Below, in pieces: positions 25,842 to 34,997 of a stretch of DNA of 38,439 nt. The stretch comes from an uncultured Anaerolineaceae bacterium (GTDB taxonomy: Bacteria > Chloroflexota > Anaerolineae > Aggregatilineales > UBA2796), in contig CAYSOC010000048.1 in NCBI GenBank assembly GCA_964432445.1, forward strand, positions 1 to 38,439, written 5' to 3'. The translations under genes were made by a program, and so were the position numbers. Each line of letters opens with the position of its first letter. The stretch's first letter is position 1. The notes below the pieces were generated by a model. That model made no database searches and was not told the origin of the DNA. It was given only the letters and a program-made list of their open reading frames with translations.

Positions 25842-25865
25842 ATAGCCCGGCGCTTTAGCACCGGG
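25842..25865. repeat. GC-rich palindromic hairpin repeat, copy 3 (ATAG-CCCGGCGC-TTTA-GCACCGGG), 8 nt upstream of the deoC start
   Basis: Same family. Together with copy 2 it forms inverted ATAG/CTAT-flanked ends bracketing about 170 bp. Confidence 0.4.
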
Positions 25866-25872
25866 AAAGGCG

Positions 25873-26865
25873 TTGGATATGGCAAATACCCTTACTCATT
25901 CAAAAAAAATAAAAGTTGTTTCTCACGAGCGTAATCCCGGCATTCCGTTCGATCTGGATCATGTGCTGAACCAGCGTGTGAATCGGAGCGCTGTCGAACG
26001 CCGTGCTGCTAGCCTTCCGGGGCGGCGTACCGTTAAGAAAGAGTGGCAAGCCGCGTGGCTCCTGCGCGCGATCCAGTGCATCGACCTAACCACGCTGCAA
26101 GGGGACGACACGCCGGGGAATGTGCGCCGTTTGTGTGCGAAGGCACGCCAGCCTGTCCGTACTGATTTGCTGGAAGCGTTGGGCGTGCAGTCCATCAAAA
26201 CGGGTGCGGTCTGCGTTTACCATAATCTGGTCAGTGTGGCGGTGGAAGCGCTTGAAGGCTCAGGCATTCCCGTTGCAGCCGTCAGTACCGGCTTCCCGGC
26301 AGCACAGAACCCGCTTGATCTGAAAATCGAGGAAATCCGGCGCTCGGTAGCGGAAGGCGCACAGGAAATCGACATCGTGATCAGCCGCGCGCACGTCCTG
26401 ACGGGAAACTGGCAAGCGCTCTACGATGAAATCAAAGCCTTCCGTGGGGCGTGCGGCGACGCGCATCTGAAAGCGATCCTAGCGACGGGCGAACTCGGCA
26501 CGCTGCGGAATATTGCAATGGCGTCACAAGTGGCGATGATGGCAGGTTCGGATTTCATCAAGACCAGCACAGGCAAAGAAACGAGTAATGCAACCATTCC
26601 GGTCAGCCTGGTGATGGTGCGTGCCATCCGCGAGTATGAAGAGCAGACCGGACATAAGGTTGGTTTCAAGCCTGCGGGCGGGATTCGTACCGCTAAACAA
26701 TCGCTGGACTGGCTGATCATGATGAAGGAAGAACTTGGCGACGAATGGCTGAAACCGGATTTGTTCCGGCTCGGCGCGAGTTCACTGCTTTCGGACATTG
26801 AGCGCCAGTTGGAACATTTTGTAACCGGGCATTATTCGGCGTCGTTCCGGCATCCAATGGTATAG
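25873..26865 (+). CDS. deoC: Deoxyribose-phosphate aldolase, long (eukaryote-like) form
   Basis: DERA motifs IDLTTLQGDDT, GAVCVY, the Schiff-base lysine context FIKTSTGK, and GFKPAGGIRT. 330 aa. Confidence 0.8.
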   Translation: MDMANTLTHSKKIKVVSHERNPGIPFDLDHVLNQRVNRSAVERRAASLPGRRTVKKEWQAAWLLRAIQCIDLTTLQGDDTPGNVRRLCAKARQPVRTDLLEALGVQSIKTGAVCVYHNLVSVAVEALEGSGIPVAAVSTGFPAAQNPLDLKIEEIRRSVAEGAQEIDIVISRAHVLTGNWQALYDEIKAFRGACGDAHLKAILATGELGTLRNIAMASQVAMMAGSDFIKTSTGKETSNATIPVSLVMVRAIREYEEQTGHKVGFKPAGGIRTAKQSLDWLIMMKEELGDEWLKPDLFRLGASSLLSDIERQLEHFVTGHYSASFRHPMV

Positions 26866-26869
26866 TGAC

Positions 26870-26889
26870 GGGGACGCGATCCAGCGTCC
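26870..26889 (+). terminator. Stem-loop GGGACGC-GATCCA-GCGTCCC downstream of deoC
   Basis: 7-bp GC stem 4 nt after the deoC stop. There is no clear U tract. Confidence 0.3.
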
Positions 26890-26915
26890 CTCTGATGGAT
26901 TGGTGAGGTGAGATC

Positions 26916-27506
26916 ATGCAGACCAAAGCACAGTTGATGAATGTCGAAGAATTCCAGGCGTTTACAGAGCTGCCAGAGAATCGGGACAAACATTTTGAAC
27001 TAATCGAAGGAGAAGTTATCGAAGTGCCATCGCCAAAAGAAATTCATGCTTGGATAGTTGCAGAGATAGCTTTTTTGTTGAGATTGTTCCTTAAAACACA
27101 AAATATAGACGGAACAGTTTATCACGACAACCTCGATTTCATCCTCGGCGAAAACATTGTTCTTAAACCCGATGTTAGCTATACCTCGGCAGCACGCAAG
27201 CCTAAAATTTTGGATTATCCAACTGTTGCGCCCGATTTAGTAGTAGAAGTGGTTTCACCGTCCAATACGCTGGATGAATTTGAAGCCAAAATGAATATTT
27301 TTTTCGCGCATGGTACGCAACTTGTTTGGTTGGTATATCCTAAGCAAAAGCTGATACGTGTCTACAAACCAATTCCCGGCTCGGAAAAACCAGATATTAA
27401 AACATTTACTGCAAAAGATATGATAGATGCTGGCGACGTACTGCCCGGTTTTAGCGTTTTGGTAGAGAGTTTATTTCCCGAACAGGCCAAAGATGAATCC
27501 ACCTGA
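26916..27506 (+). CDS. Uma2-family (DUF820) putative restriction-endonuclease-like protein
   Basis: The Uma2 architecture is present: EEFQAFTELPENRDKHFELIEGEVIEV, YHDNLDFILGENIVLKPDVSYTS, PDLVVEVVSPSN (the PD-(D/E)xK core), KMNIFFAHGTQLVWLVYP. The local GC is much lower than in the flanks. Confidence 0.8.
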   Translation: MQTKAQLMNVEEFQAFTELPENRDKHFELIEGEVIEVPSPKEIHAWIVAEIAFLLRLFLKTQNIDGTVYHDNLDFILGENIVLKPDVSYTSAARKPKILDYPTVAPDLVVEVVSPSNTLDEFEAKMNIFFAHGTQLVWLVYPKQKLIRVYKPIPGSEKPDIKTFTAKDMIDAGDVLPGFSVLVESLFPEQAKDEST

Positions 27507-28215
27507 AAATTTAAAGATCGAACAACTGCGCGCCGAAGATATTCCCGCTGTGCTGGATACCTTCGCGGTGTGGCATAAAACGCAGGAGCAATTTGAGGGT
27601 TATCTCGCAGAACAGGAACGCGGCGAACGTACTGTATTTTTGGCGTGGCTGGATGAGAAAATTGTTGGTTGGCTCAATGTTCAACGAGAAATTACTTATG
27701 ATCTATACCCACCAGAAAAATTTGCACAAATTTCTGAATTGGAGGTAATTAGCGAAAATTTATTTGTCCAAGTGGGCAAACTACTGATCAATACTTGTAC
27801 AAAATCCACAACACAAAATGATGTATTCAGCCTTATTATTGAAATTCCGCTGAGTCCCATAGATATTCCTGAAAAATGGATCAAACTTGGCTTTTATCCT
27901 GTCGTTTTTCATGATGTTGAACAAGTCTTGTTTATCAAAACAAAGGATACAGAATTTATAGGCTCTATCGCGGATTCCTATTTGCCAATTTCTGAGGTCA
28001 AGCCAATTGAGGTTTTAAGAAGAACACGACACGACATAAAGAGATGGGTTATTGCAATTGAAGCATGGGCTAACTTGTTAACAGTAACTTCGGCTCTGGA
28101 AGATAATGTTCAACAATCAGCAAAAAGAATCAGCAAAAATACGAAGCGAATTGAATTAATTCTCCAAATACAAGAATTGTACTACCAGCTATTTACCAAA
28201 AATCAGATATTTTAA
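27493..28215 (+). CDS. Hypothetical protein with a GNAT-like N-terminal region
   Basis: IEQLRAEDIPAVLDTFAVWH...TVFLAWLDEKIVGWLNV is GNAT-like, but the acetyl-CoA Q/RxxGxG/A motif is not evident. AT-rich. It overlaps the Uma2 gene by 14 nt. Confidence 0.35.
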   Translation: MNPPENLKIEQLRAEDIPAVLDTFAVWHKTQEQFEGYLAEQERGERTVFLAWLDEKIVGWLNVQREITYDLYPPEKFAQISELEVISENLFVQVGKLLINTCTKSTTQNDVFSLIIEIPLSPIDIPEKWIKLGFYPVVFHDVEQVLFIKTKDTEFIGSIADSYLPISEVKPIEVLRRTRHDIKRWVIAIEAWANLLTVTSALEDNVQQSAKRISKNTKRIELILQIQELYYQLFTKNQIF

Positions 28216-28226
28216 GGGTAAACAAA

Positions 28227-30617
28227 ATGCAAGTCGCAAAAATTTTGGAAACAATGGAATATGGGCCAGCGCCCGAATCTGGTGCAATCGCCAAAACGTG
28301 GCTCTCGGAGCGCTCTCCATTCGGACAATTCATCAATGGACAATTCGTTGCCGGAGGGAGCCATTTCGATTCGATCAACCCAGCAACAGGCAAACCCATC
28401 GCCAAGATCGCACAGGCTACCAAAGAGCAGGTCGATCAGGCAGTAGACGCTGCCCGCGCAGCATTCGGCAGTTGGAGCAAACTTCCCGGTCATGCCCGCG
28501 CGCGTTACCTCTACGCGATTGCGCGGCAGGTACAAAAGCATTCGCGTTTGCTCTCCGTCCTCGAAACAATGGACAACGGCAAACCAATCCGTGAGACACG
28601 CGATATTGATATTCCGCTGGTCGCGCGCCATTTTGCCTATCATGCAGGTTGGGCACAACTCATGGAGACAGAATTCCCCAGCTATGAGGCACTCGGCGTG
28701 GCAGGGCAGATCATCCCCTGGAATTTCCCGCTGTTGATGCTCTCATGGAAGATCGCGCCCGCGCTGGCATTGGGAAATACGGTTGTCCTCAAACCTGCCG
28801 AATTCACTTCGCTGACAGCGTTGGCCTTCGCAGAAATCTGCCAGACGGTAGGACTGCCGCCGGGGGTCGTGAACATTATCACAGGCGACGGCAAAGTCGG
28901 CGCGATGATCACCGAACACCCCGGCATTGATAAGGTGGCATTCACAGGATCAACCGAGGTCGGGCGTATCATCCGCAAGGCGACAGCGGGCAGCGGCAAG
29001 AAGCTGTCATTGGAATTGGGCGGCAAATCGCCGTTCATCGTTTTTGATGATGCCGACCTTGATTCAGTAGTCGAAGGCGTGGTGGATGCGATCTGGTTCA
29101 ATCAAGGCGAAGTGTGCTGCGCTGGTTCGCGGATCATCGTGCAGGAAAATGTTGCGGATGCGCTGGTAAAGAAACTCCGCGCGCGCATGGAAAAACTCCG
29201 CATGGGCGACCCGCTCGATAAAGCCGTCGATATGGGCGCGATTATCGACCCGATCCAATTGCAGAAAATCACGAGTTTGGTTGAACAGGGTGGCAAAGAA
29301 GGCGGCACGATTTATCAACCCTCGTGGCAATGCCCCACCGATGGCTGTTTCTATCCACCAACGCTGATCACGAATGTCGCACCCGCGTCTACTGTCGCAC
29401 AAGAAGAAATTTTTGGCCCAGTGGCGGTTCTGATGACGTTCCGCACGCCTCCAGAAGCGATCACCATTGCTAATAATACCCGCTATGGACTCGCGGCGAG
29501 TATCTGGAGCGAGAACATCAATACGGCGCTGGATATGGCGCGCGGTGTCAAAGCCGGGACGGTGTGGATTAACAGCACCAATTTGTTCGATGCGGCATCC
29601 GGGTTCGGCGGCTATCGTGAATCCGGCTATGGGCGCGAAGGTGGGCGTGAAGGCTTATTTGAATATATGAAGCGGAAGAAGTCGGCGGTAGCGTTGCCTG
29701 CATTCGCTAACCTGCCTTCGGCAAATGGTCACAAGCCCGATCCTGCCAAAGACGCGAGTAGCCTTCCGCGCCTGGATCGCACACCGAAGATGTTTATCAA
29801 TGGCAAGCAGGCACGTCCTGATTCCGGCTACAGCCTGATCGTCAAAAATCATGCGGGGGTGGCGATTGGTGAAGTTGGCGACGGCAACCGTAAAGACATT
29901 CGTAACGCTGTCGAGGCGGCGCGCGGCGCGGAAAAATGGGCAGATGCCACAGCATACAATCGCGCGCAGATACTCTACTATCTTGCGGAAAATCTGAGCG
30001 CACGCGCCGACGAATTTACAGCACGCATCAGCCAGCAAACAGGCGCAGATACGGCAACTGCTCGCGCCGAAGTCGAGGCCGCGATTGAGCGTTTGTTTAA
30101 CTATGGCGCATGGGCGGATAAATATGACGGGCTGGTACATGCCACGCCAATTCGTAATCTTTCCGTTGCGTTGAACGAGCCAATTGGCGTGATTGCCGCT
30201 ATTTGCCCGGATGAATCGCCTTTATTAGGTTTGGTCGCGTGCCTTGCACCTGCGATGGCGTTGGGTAACACCGTGATTGTTATACCATCGGAGCGTTTCC
30301 CATTGTCTGCCACCGATTTCTATCAGGTGATGGAAACATCGGATGTCCCGGCAGGTGTGGTGAATATCGTCACGGGCAAGCGCGATGTGCTGACAACGAC
30401 CCTCGCGGAACATGATGACGTGGACGCCATCTGGTATTTTACGGGCGAAAAAGACACAGAACAGGTGAAGAAAGTTGAAGCGGCTTCGATCACAAATATG
30501 AAGCGCGTCTGGATCGGACATACCGAAGACTGGGCGACAAACAGCCGTGAAAACAACGCGGAGTTTCTGCGACAAGCCTGCCAGGTGAAAAATATCTGGA
30601 CGCCCTACGGAGCATAA
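28227..30617 (+). CDS. Tandem (duplicated) aldehyde dehydrogenase-family protein, about 796 aa: N-terminal catalytic ALDH domain plus a C-terminal degenerate ALDH-like domain
   Basis: Domain 1 has the catalytic Glu (LELGGKSP), Cys (NQGEVCCAGSR), the NAD-binding GSTEVG, and QIIPWNFPLLM. Domain 2 (aa 500-796) repeats the fold signature (GVIAAICPDESPLLGL, APAMALGNTVIVIPSE). I see no Cys at the position that aligns with the domain-1 catalytic cysteine. Confidence 0.8.
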   Translation: MQVAKILETMEYGPAPESGAIAKTWLSERSPFGQFINGQFVAGGSHFDSINPATGKPIAKIAQATKEQVDQAVDAARAAFGSWSKLPGHARARYLYAIARQVQKHSRLLSVLETMDNGKPIRETRDIDIPLVARHFAYHAGWAQLMETEFPSYEALGVAGQIIPWNFPLLMLSWKIAPALALGNTVVLKPAEFTSLTALAFAEICQTVGLPPGVVNIITGDGKVGAMITEHPGIDKVAFTGSTEVGRIIRKATAGSGKKLSLELGGKSPFIVFDDADLDSVVEGVVDAIWFNQGEVCCAGSRIIVQENVADALVKKLRARMEKLRMGDPLDKAVDMGAIIDPIQLQKITSLVEQGGKEGGTIYQPSWQCPTDGCFYPPTLITNVAPASTVAQEEIFGPVAVLMTFRTPPEAITIANNTRYGLAASIWSENINTALDMARGVKAGTVWINSTNLFDAASGFGGYRESGYGREGGREGLFEYMKRKKSAVALPAFANLPSANGHKPDPAKDASSLPRLDRTPKMFINGKQARPDSGYSLIVKNHAGVAIGEVGDGNRKDIRNAVEAARGAEKWADATAYNRAQILYYLAENLSARADEFTARISQQTGADTATARAEVEAAIERLFNYGAWADKYDGLVHATPIRNLSVALNEPIGVIAAICPDESPLLGLVACLAPAMALGNTVIVIPSERFPLSATDFYQVMETSDVPAGVVNIVTGKRDVLTTTLAEHDDVDAIWYFTGEKDTEQVKKVEAASITNMKRVWIGHTEDWATNSRENNAEFLRQACQVKNIWTPYGA

Positions 30618-30620
30618 GCC

Positions 30621-31157
30621 ATGACAGACGGACGTAAGGAACTCGCGCGCAATGTCGGCCTGACAAAATCCGATTCGCAGGCGTACTATGAACGCGGACT
30701 GGTATCATTCGGCAAAGGCAACTATGAAGACGCCATCGTCGATATTTCCGAGGCGATTCATTATGATCAGGGGCGTGCTGAGTTGTACGCTGCGCGCGGG
30801 TTCATTTACGTTCAATGGGCGCGCGAGAAAAAACTGCCCGGCAAGTTGGAAGACGCCATTGTCGATTTGGGCTATGCGCTGAAACTCAGCAAGCGGCAAT
30901 GGTTCGCGCATCTGGCGCTGGGCATAATCGATTTTGAAAATGGGCAGTGGTCAGATGCGCTCAAGCATTTCAACGATGCAAAAGAATCCTCACCGGGACG
31001 CCCCGAACCCTGGTTCTACCGTTCCATTTGTCAATACAAAATGGGCAAAACCAATCTGGCGGAAGATGATATGATGCTGGCATTGCGCTGGATGAAAGAG
31101 AGCGATCCACGCCACAAGGAAGCCGAACGCTGGTTGAAGGAATTCCAGAAAGAATAG
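30621..31157 (+). CDS. Tetratricopeptide-repeat (TPR) protein
   Basis: TPR-like W/LG/Y/A/F/A/P periodicity (AYYERGLVSFGKGNYEDAI, LYAARGFIYVQ, AHLALGIIDFENGQWSDAL, WFYRSICQYKMGK). Confidence 0.6.
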   Translation: MTDGRKELARNVGLTKSDSQAYYERGLVSFGKGNYEDAIVDISEAIHYDQGRAELYAARGFIYVQWAREKKLPGKLEDAIVDLGYALKLSKRQWFAHLALGIIDFENGQWSDALKHFNDAKESSPGRPEPWFYRSICQYKMGKTNLAEDDMMLALRWMKESDPRHKEAERWLKEFQKE

Positions 31158-31164
31158 CCACTAC

Positions 31165-31186
31165 GGGCGAACCTACAAATTCGCCC
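31165..31186. terminator. Bidirectional stem-loop GGGCGAA-N8-TTCGCCC between the convergent TPR and methyltransferase genes
   Basis: 7-bp GC stem 8 nt after the TPR stop and 2 nt after the methyltransferase stop. Confidence 0.4.
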
Positions 31187-31188
31187 GA

Positions 31189-31983
31189 TTATGATTTGCC
31201 CTTACGAGCGCACAACACCAGTGCATAGCTCCATCGGCTATCCAGCGGCGTGCCGTGTTCATTGCGCAAATGGGCAATATCCATATTGTTCTTCAAGCGG
31301 AAAATCTTTCGCACAATTGCCAGCGCCTTGAAAGGATTCACGAAGTCGAAGGACGCGCCGAGTGAACTCCCGAAAACGCGACAATCTGTCGCGCCGACTG
31401 CCTTGCCGAGCCGGATTAATTCTCCATGTGAAAATGGATACTCCTCACCATAAATCCATTTCCCGGTGCGCTGCGCCACAAACTTGAATAATCGGTAAGG
31501 TGGACAGAATTTATTCGGTACGGAGATAAACAGAATACCGCCGGGCTTGAGCGTTTCAAGATGTGCCTTGATAATCTGTGTGCGATTTTCTCCCTGAAAA
31601 TGCTCTACCAACCCAAACGACATGGCAACGTCGAACCGATTCTGTAGGGTGGCAGGTAAAGCAAGCGCGTTCTCATTGACAAACTCGGCCTTGAATCCAC
31701 CCCGTCCGAAGAACTCACGCGCCCGATCCAGTGCCTTGTCAGAGTAATCCAGAATCGTGACTTCCGCGCCGCGTTTTTGCATGAGCGCCGCACACGTCCC
31801 CGATCCTGCTCCAAGTTCGACTACACTTCTTCCTTGCAGCGATCCGAGAGCCGCTAGAGTTGCCTCTTCAATACGCCGCCAGCGAATGGAATGTTCCTCT
31901 TTTGCCAATGCGTAGGCATCCTCTTCGCGGCTGAGAGGTTTTTCCCATAGTTCGTCCCATAGTTCCGGTGTATTCTGGCGCAT
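31189..31983 (-). CDS. Class I SAM-dependent methyltransferase
   Basis: Motif I VVELGAGSGTCAAL, an acidic D in ILDYSD, and further Rossmann-fold features. Confidence 0.75.
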   Translation of the reverse strand: MRQNTPELWDELWEKPLSREEDAYALAKEEHSIRWRRIEEATLAALGSLQGRSVVELGAGSGTCAALMQKRGAEVTILDYSDKALDRAREFFGRGGFKAEFVNENALALPATLQNRFDVAMSFGLVEHFQGENRTQIIKAHLETLKPGGILFISVPNKFCPPYRLFKFVAQRTGKWIYGEEYPFSHGELIRLGKAVGATDCRVFGSSLGASFDFVNPFKALAIVRKIFRLKNNMDIAHLRNEHGTPLDSRWSYALVLCARKGKS

Positions 31984-32124
31984 TCGATAAGACCTTTGAG
32001 CATCATTAATAGAGCAGGCGCATTTTATCTCTAAAACGGAAATTTTCGCTAACTATCGTTATAATTTGATTTAATCGTCAGGGAATCGCTTGATATAAGA
32101 AGGTTTTCACAACCCTTCTTTTCA

Positions 32125-32382
32125 GTGGAGAAATGGGTAGGAATGGCAGATCATCGTTTGGTCGAATATCAAATTGCACGATTGCAAAATATGAATCGGG
32201 AAACACGTTTGCGGGCGATCGAGGAATTGCGACTGCTGGCTGATGAGGCGGCATTGCAACCATTGGAAGCGATCTTTCGCACCGATGATGATGAAGAGGT
32301 ACGCCGCGCGGCACAAAAAGCAGGCTTCGAGATTTATTTGAAGAATCACCCGGAGATCAAACCACCAGCAGGGTCGAAATAA
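32125..32382 (+). CDS. Small HEAT-repeat (PBS-lyase-like) protein
   Basis: ETRLRAIEELRLLADEAALQPLEAIFRTDDDEEVRRAAQKAG is a HEAT/PBS-lyase repeat pair. The start could instead be MADHRL at 32143. Confidence 0.4.
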   Translation: MEKWVGMADHRLVEYQIARLQNMNRETRLRAIEELRLLADEAALQPLEAIFRTDDDEEVRRAAQKAGFEIYLKNHPEIKPPAGSK

Positions 32383-32388
32383 GCGAAG

Positions 32389-32416
32389 CGCCCCCATTAC
32401 CGTACAAATGGGGGCG
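32389..32416. terminator. Bidirectional stem-loop CGCCCCCATT-N8-AATGGGGGCG between the convergent HEAT ORF and ABC permease gene
   Basis: Perfect 10-bp inverted repeat read directly. Confidence 0.5.
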
Positions 32417-32424
32417 GGGATTAG

Positions 32425-33231
32425 TCACACACCAACGTCACGACGCTGGAACAAGCCTGTCGCTGCGCCAATCAGGATAAGAGTCACAACCAGCAGAAGC
32501 AGAATTGAACTGAATTGCACACCCTTCACCAGCGCATTTGTGCCATCGAAGTAGGTGAAGAACGAAATCGCGCGCAACGCCCCGGCTTTACCCTCGGCAG
32601 AACGTCCCATCAAGTCCAGCAGATAGCTGATCACGACGAACCCGCCAGCAATTCCGATAACCTGTCCACGCCGCCGAATCACACTCGCTACGAACGCGGT
32701 GAATGCAATGGTCAGCAGAATACTCGGAATCATATTCATACTGCTCCAGAACGCATTCCCCAGGCTGATCTCTTTAAAGACCTCTGATCCCTGCGTGAAG
32801 ACCACAATTGAAATGAAGGTCACGAAGGCGATCACGAACGTATTGATTGTGTGCGCAAGGAACTTCTCGATGACAACGCGCCAACGTGGAAGCGGCATCG
32901 AGAGCAACACATCCATGATCCCGCGCTCTTCTTCATTGGCGGTGATGCTCAATCCGGCAATCACGCCGTAGGCAGCCAGCACCAGCATAATCCAGCTATA
33001 GAACATCACGCCAAACATCCCCGCGCCTGTTGCCATCACTGAGGCATCCGAGCCGATGAGCAGGACGGCAAATTTCGGCATGGATTTGATCAGTTCGCTG
33101 TACTGCTGTACTGTTTTCATATCCGGGATGGCAATAACCACATAGCCAACCATCATCGCCATACTGAACGCCCAGCCAAGCGTCGCTTTCCAGTTGCGGC
33201 GCAGCGTCTCGAAAAATACTACTCCACTCAT
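32425..33231 (-). CDS. ABC-2-type transporter permease
   Basis: Six hydrophobic helices and the typical ABC-2 permease length. It lies immediately downstream of an ABC ATPase. Confidence 0.65.
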   Translation of the reverse strand: MSGVVFFETLRRNWKATLGWAFSMAMMVGYVVIAIPDMKTVQQYSELIKSMPKFAVLLIGSDASVMATGAGMFGVMFYSWIMLVLAAYGVIAGLSITANEEERGIMDVLLSMPLPRWRVVIEKFLAHTINTFVIAFVTFISIVVFTQGSEVFKEISLGNAFWSSMNMIPSILLTIAFTAFVASVIRRRGQVIGIAGGFVVISYLLDLMGRSAEGKAGALRAISFFTYFDGTNALVKGVQFSSILLLLVVTLILIGAATGLFQRRDVGV

Positions 33232-33233
33232 GA

Positions 33234-34160
33234 TTACACAGCCTCCCTGACCATGCCATTCGCGTGCGTTTTTGTGCCATAGAACGTCAGGAAAATATCT
33301 TCCAGCGATGGCTCTGTGGTATGAATGCTCACGATATATTCGCCACTCAGAGCGCGCAGCACCGGATCAAAATCGCCAGCCAACCGAAACCTGAGTGTAT
33401 TGCCTTCAGCGGTGACTTCGCTCACACCGGGGATGTTCGCCAGACGTGCAGGATTTACCGGGTTGGATAGCTGCATTGTGACGAAGCTGAAATTGAATGT
33501 TGTCAGGTCTGCGACACGCTGTACCGCTTTCAACTGTCCGTCCCGCAGGATGGCTACCCGTTCGCAAATCGCCTGTACCTCGCTCAGGATATGCGACGAC
33601 AGGAACACCGTGCGCCCTTCTTTCTGGACTTCGAGCATCATTTCATGAAAGGTCTGCTGCATCAGCGGATCAAGACCGTTCGTTGGTTCGTCCAGAATCA
33701 GCAGTTCCGGCTTGTGCATCAACGCCAGCACTAATCCAAGTTTGCGGCGATTGCCCGTTGAGTAGCTACGGACACGCTTGCCCAAATCCAGCACCAGTCG
33801 ATCCGTTAGCTGATTGACATAGGAGCTATCAACGCCGCCGCGAATCCGGCTCAGATAACTGACCACCTGCTGTCCCGTCATATTGTCCCAGAGATTGAGT
33901 TCACCGGGCAGATAGCCGATTTTCCGGTGTAATTCGATAGCGTCTTTCTGTGCATCCAGCCCCAACAGATGAGCCGATCCGCTGGTCGGACGGATAACAT
34001 CCAGCAATAGACGGATGGTTGTAGTTTTGCCAGCGCCGTTTGGTCCAAGATAGCCAAAAATTTCGCCTTTGTTGACGCTGAGATTCAAGTGATCGAGCGC
34101 CAGTTTGCCCCTTTGATATTGTTTGGTCAGACCGTCCGTCTGTAACGCGAGTGTACTCAC
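33234..34160 (-). CDS. ABC transporter ATP-binding protein
   Basis: Walker A GPNGAGKTT, Walker B LLILDEPTNGLD, a signature-like YSTGNRRKLGL, and an H-loop SSHIL. Confidence 0.85.
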   Translation of the reverse strand: MSTLALQTDGLTKQYQRGKLALDHLNLSVNKGEIFGYLGPNGAGKTTTIRLLLDVIRPTSGSAHLLGLDAQKDAIELHRKIGYLPGELNLWDNMTGQQVVSYLSRIRGGVDSSYVNQLTDRLVLDLGKRVRSYSTGNRRKLGLVLALMHKPELLILDEPTNGLDPLMQQTFHEMMLEVQKEGRTVFLSSHILSEVQAICERVAILRDGQLKAVQRVADLTTFNFSFVTMQLSNPVNPARLANIPGVSEVTAEGNTLRFRLAGDFDPVLRALSGEYIVSIHTTEPSLEDIFLTFYGTKTHANGMVREAV

Positions 34161-34861
34161 GATTTCTTTTCCTTTCGTTCTTTCTCGATCTGGCGATAGG
34201 CTTCTACCGCCTGTCGTATCAACGCCTTGCCCGCTTCGGTATCGGTCACCCCTTCCGGCGTCAGGTATGGACCGATCATTTCGGATAATGTTTCCACCAT
34301 GCGCTCATAGGGAGGGAGTGGCCCGCCAAAGCCTTCTTCATCCAGCGCAAAGAACCCTAGCGTGAACGCGCCCAAAACGTAGGAAACGCTGTCGGCATCC
34401 ACCTCCTTGCGTACCAGTCCCATGTGCTGCATGGCGACGATTAGTTCCTTGCGCATCAACGAGCGTTGGGAAAATATGTTGGGCATTCGCCGGAGCATGA
34501 AATTTCCGATGATTCGGGCATCCCGCGCGTAGAGCGCCCGTACTATCGGTTGTTCGTTCATTATTGCAAGCGCATATTTGAACATACTGGTGATCGTCCC
34601 GCCCATCGGGTCGGCCTCTGTACGTTCCAGATACACCTGCAAAAATTCCCATGCCTCATACCAGATCAAGGCTTCAAGCAAATCGTCCTTGCTGGCAAAG
34701 TGCAGATAGATTGCGCCTTTGCTGATGCCTGCTTCGCGGGCTATATCATCGACAGTGGTTTTATCGAAGCCATAGCGCAAGACGAGTTTGCCCGCCGCCT
34801 CCATGATACGTCTTTCACGCTCCGGGTTCGGTAATTCGCTGTTATCGCGTGCTTTCCCCAT
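34157..34861 (-). CDS. TetR/AcrR-family transcriptional regulator
   Basis: N-terminal HTH (FDKTTVDDIAREAGISKGAIYLHFASKDDLL). A 4-nt overlap with the ABC ATPase start indicates an operon. Confidence 0.8.
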   Translation of the reverse strand: MGKARDNSELPNPERERRIMEAAGKLVLRYGFDKTTVDDIAREAGISKGAIYLHFASKDDLLEALIWYEAWEFLQVYLERTEADPMGGTITSMFKYALAIMNEQPIVRALYARDARIIGNFMLRRMPNIFSQRSLMRKELIVAMQHMGLVRKEVDADSVSYVLGAFTLGFFALDEEGFGGPLPPYERMVETLSEMIGPYLTPEGVTDTEAGKALIRQAVEAYRQIEKERKEKKS

Positions 34862-34997
34862 TTTTCCTTTGTTGGTTGACTATTTGACCGAAAATGCACT
34901 TTCAGTCAAATAGTACCACGACTTCGATCAAAACGAGGTCAAAAAGATATAAAAACGGGTTCGGGTTACAATTGCGCAAACAGGACGGGTTTTCAGC

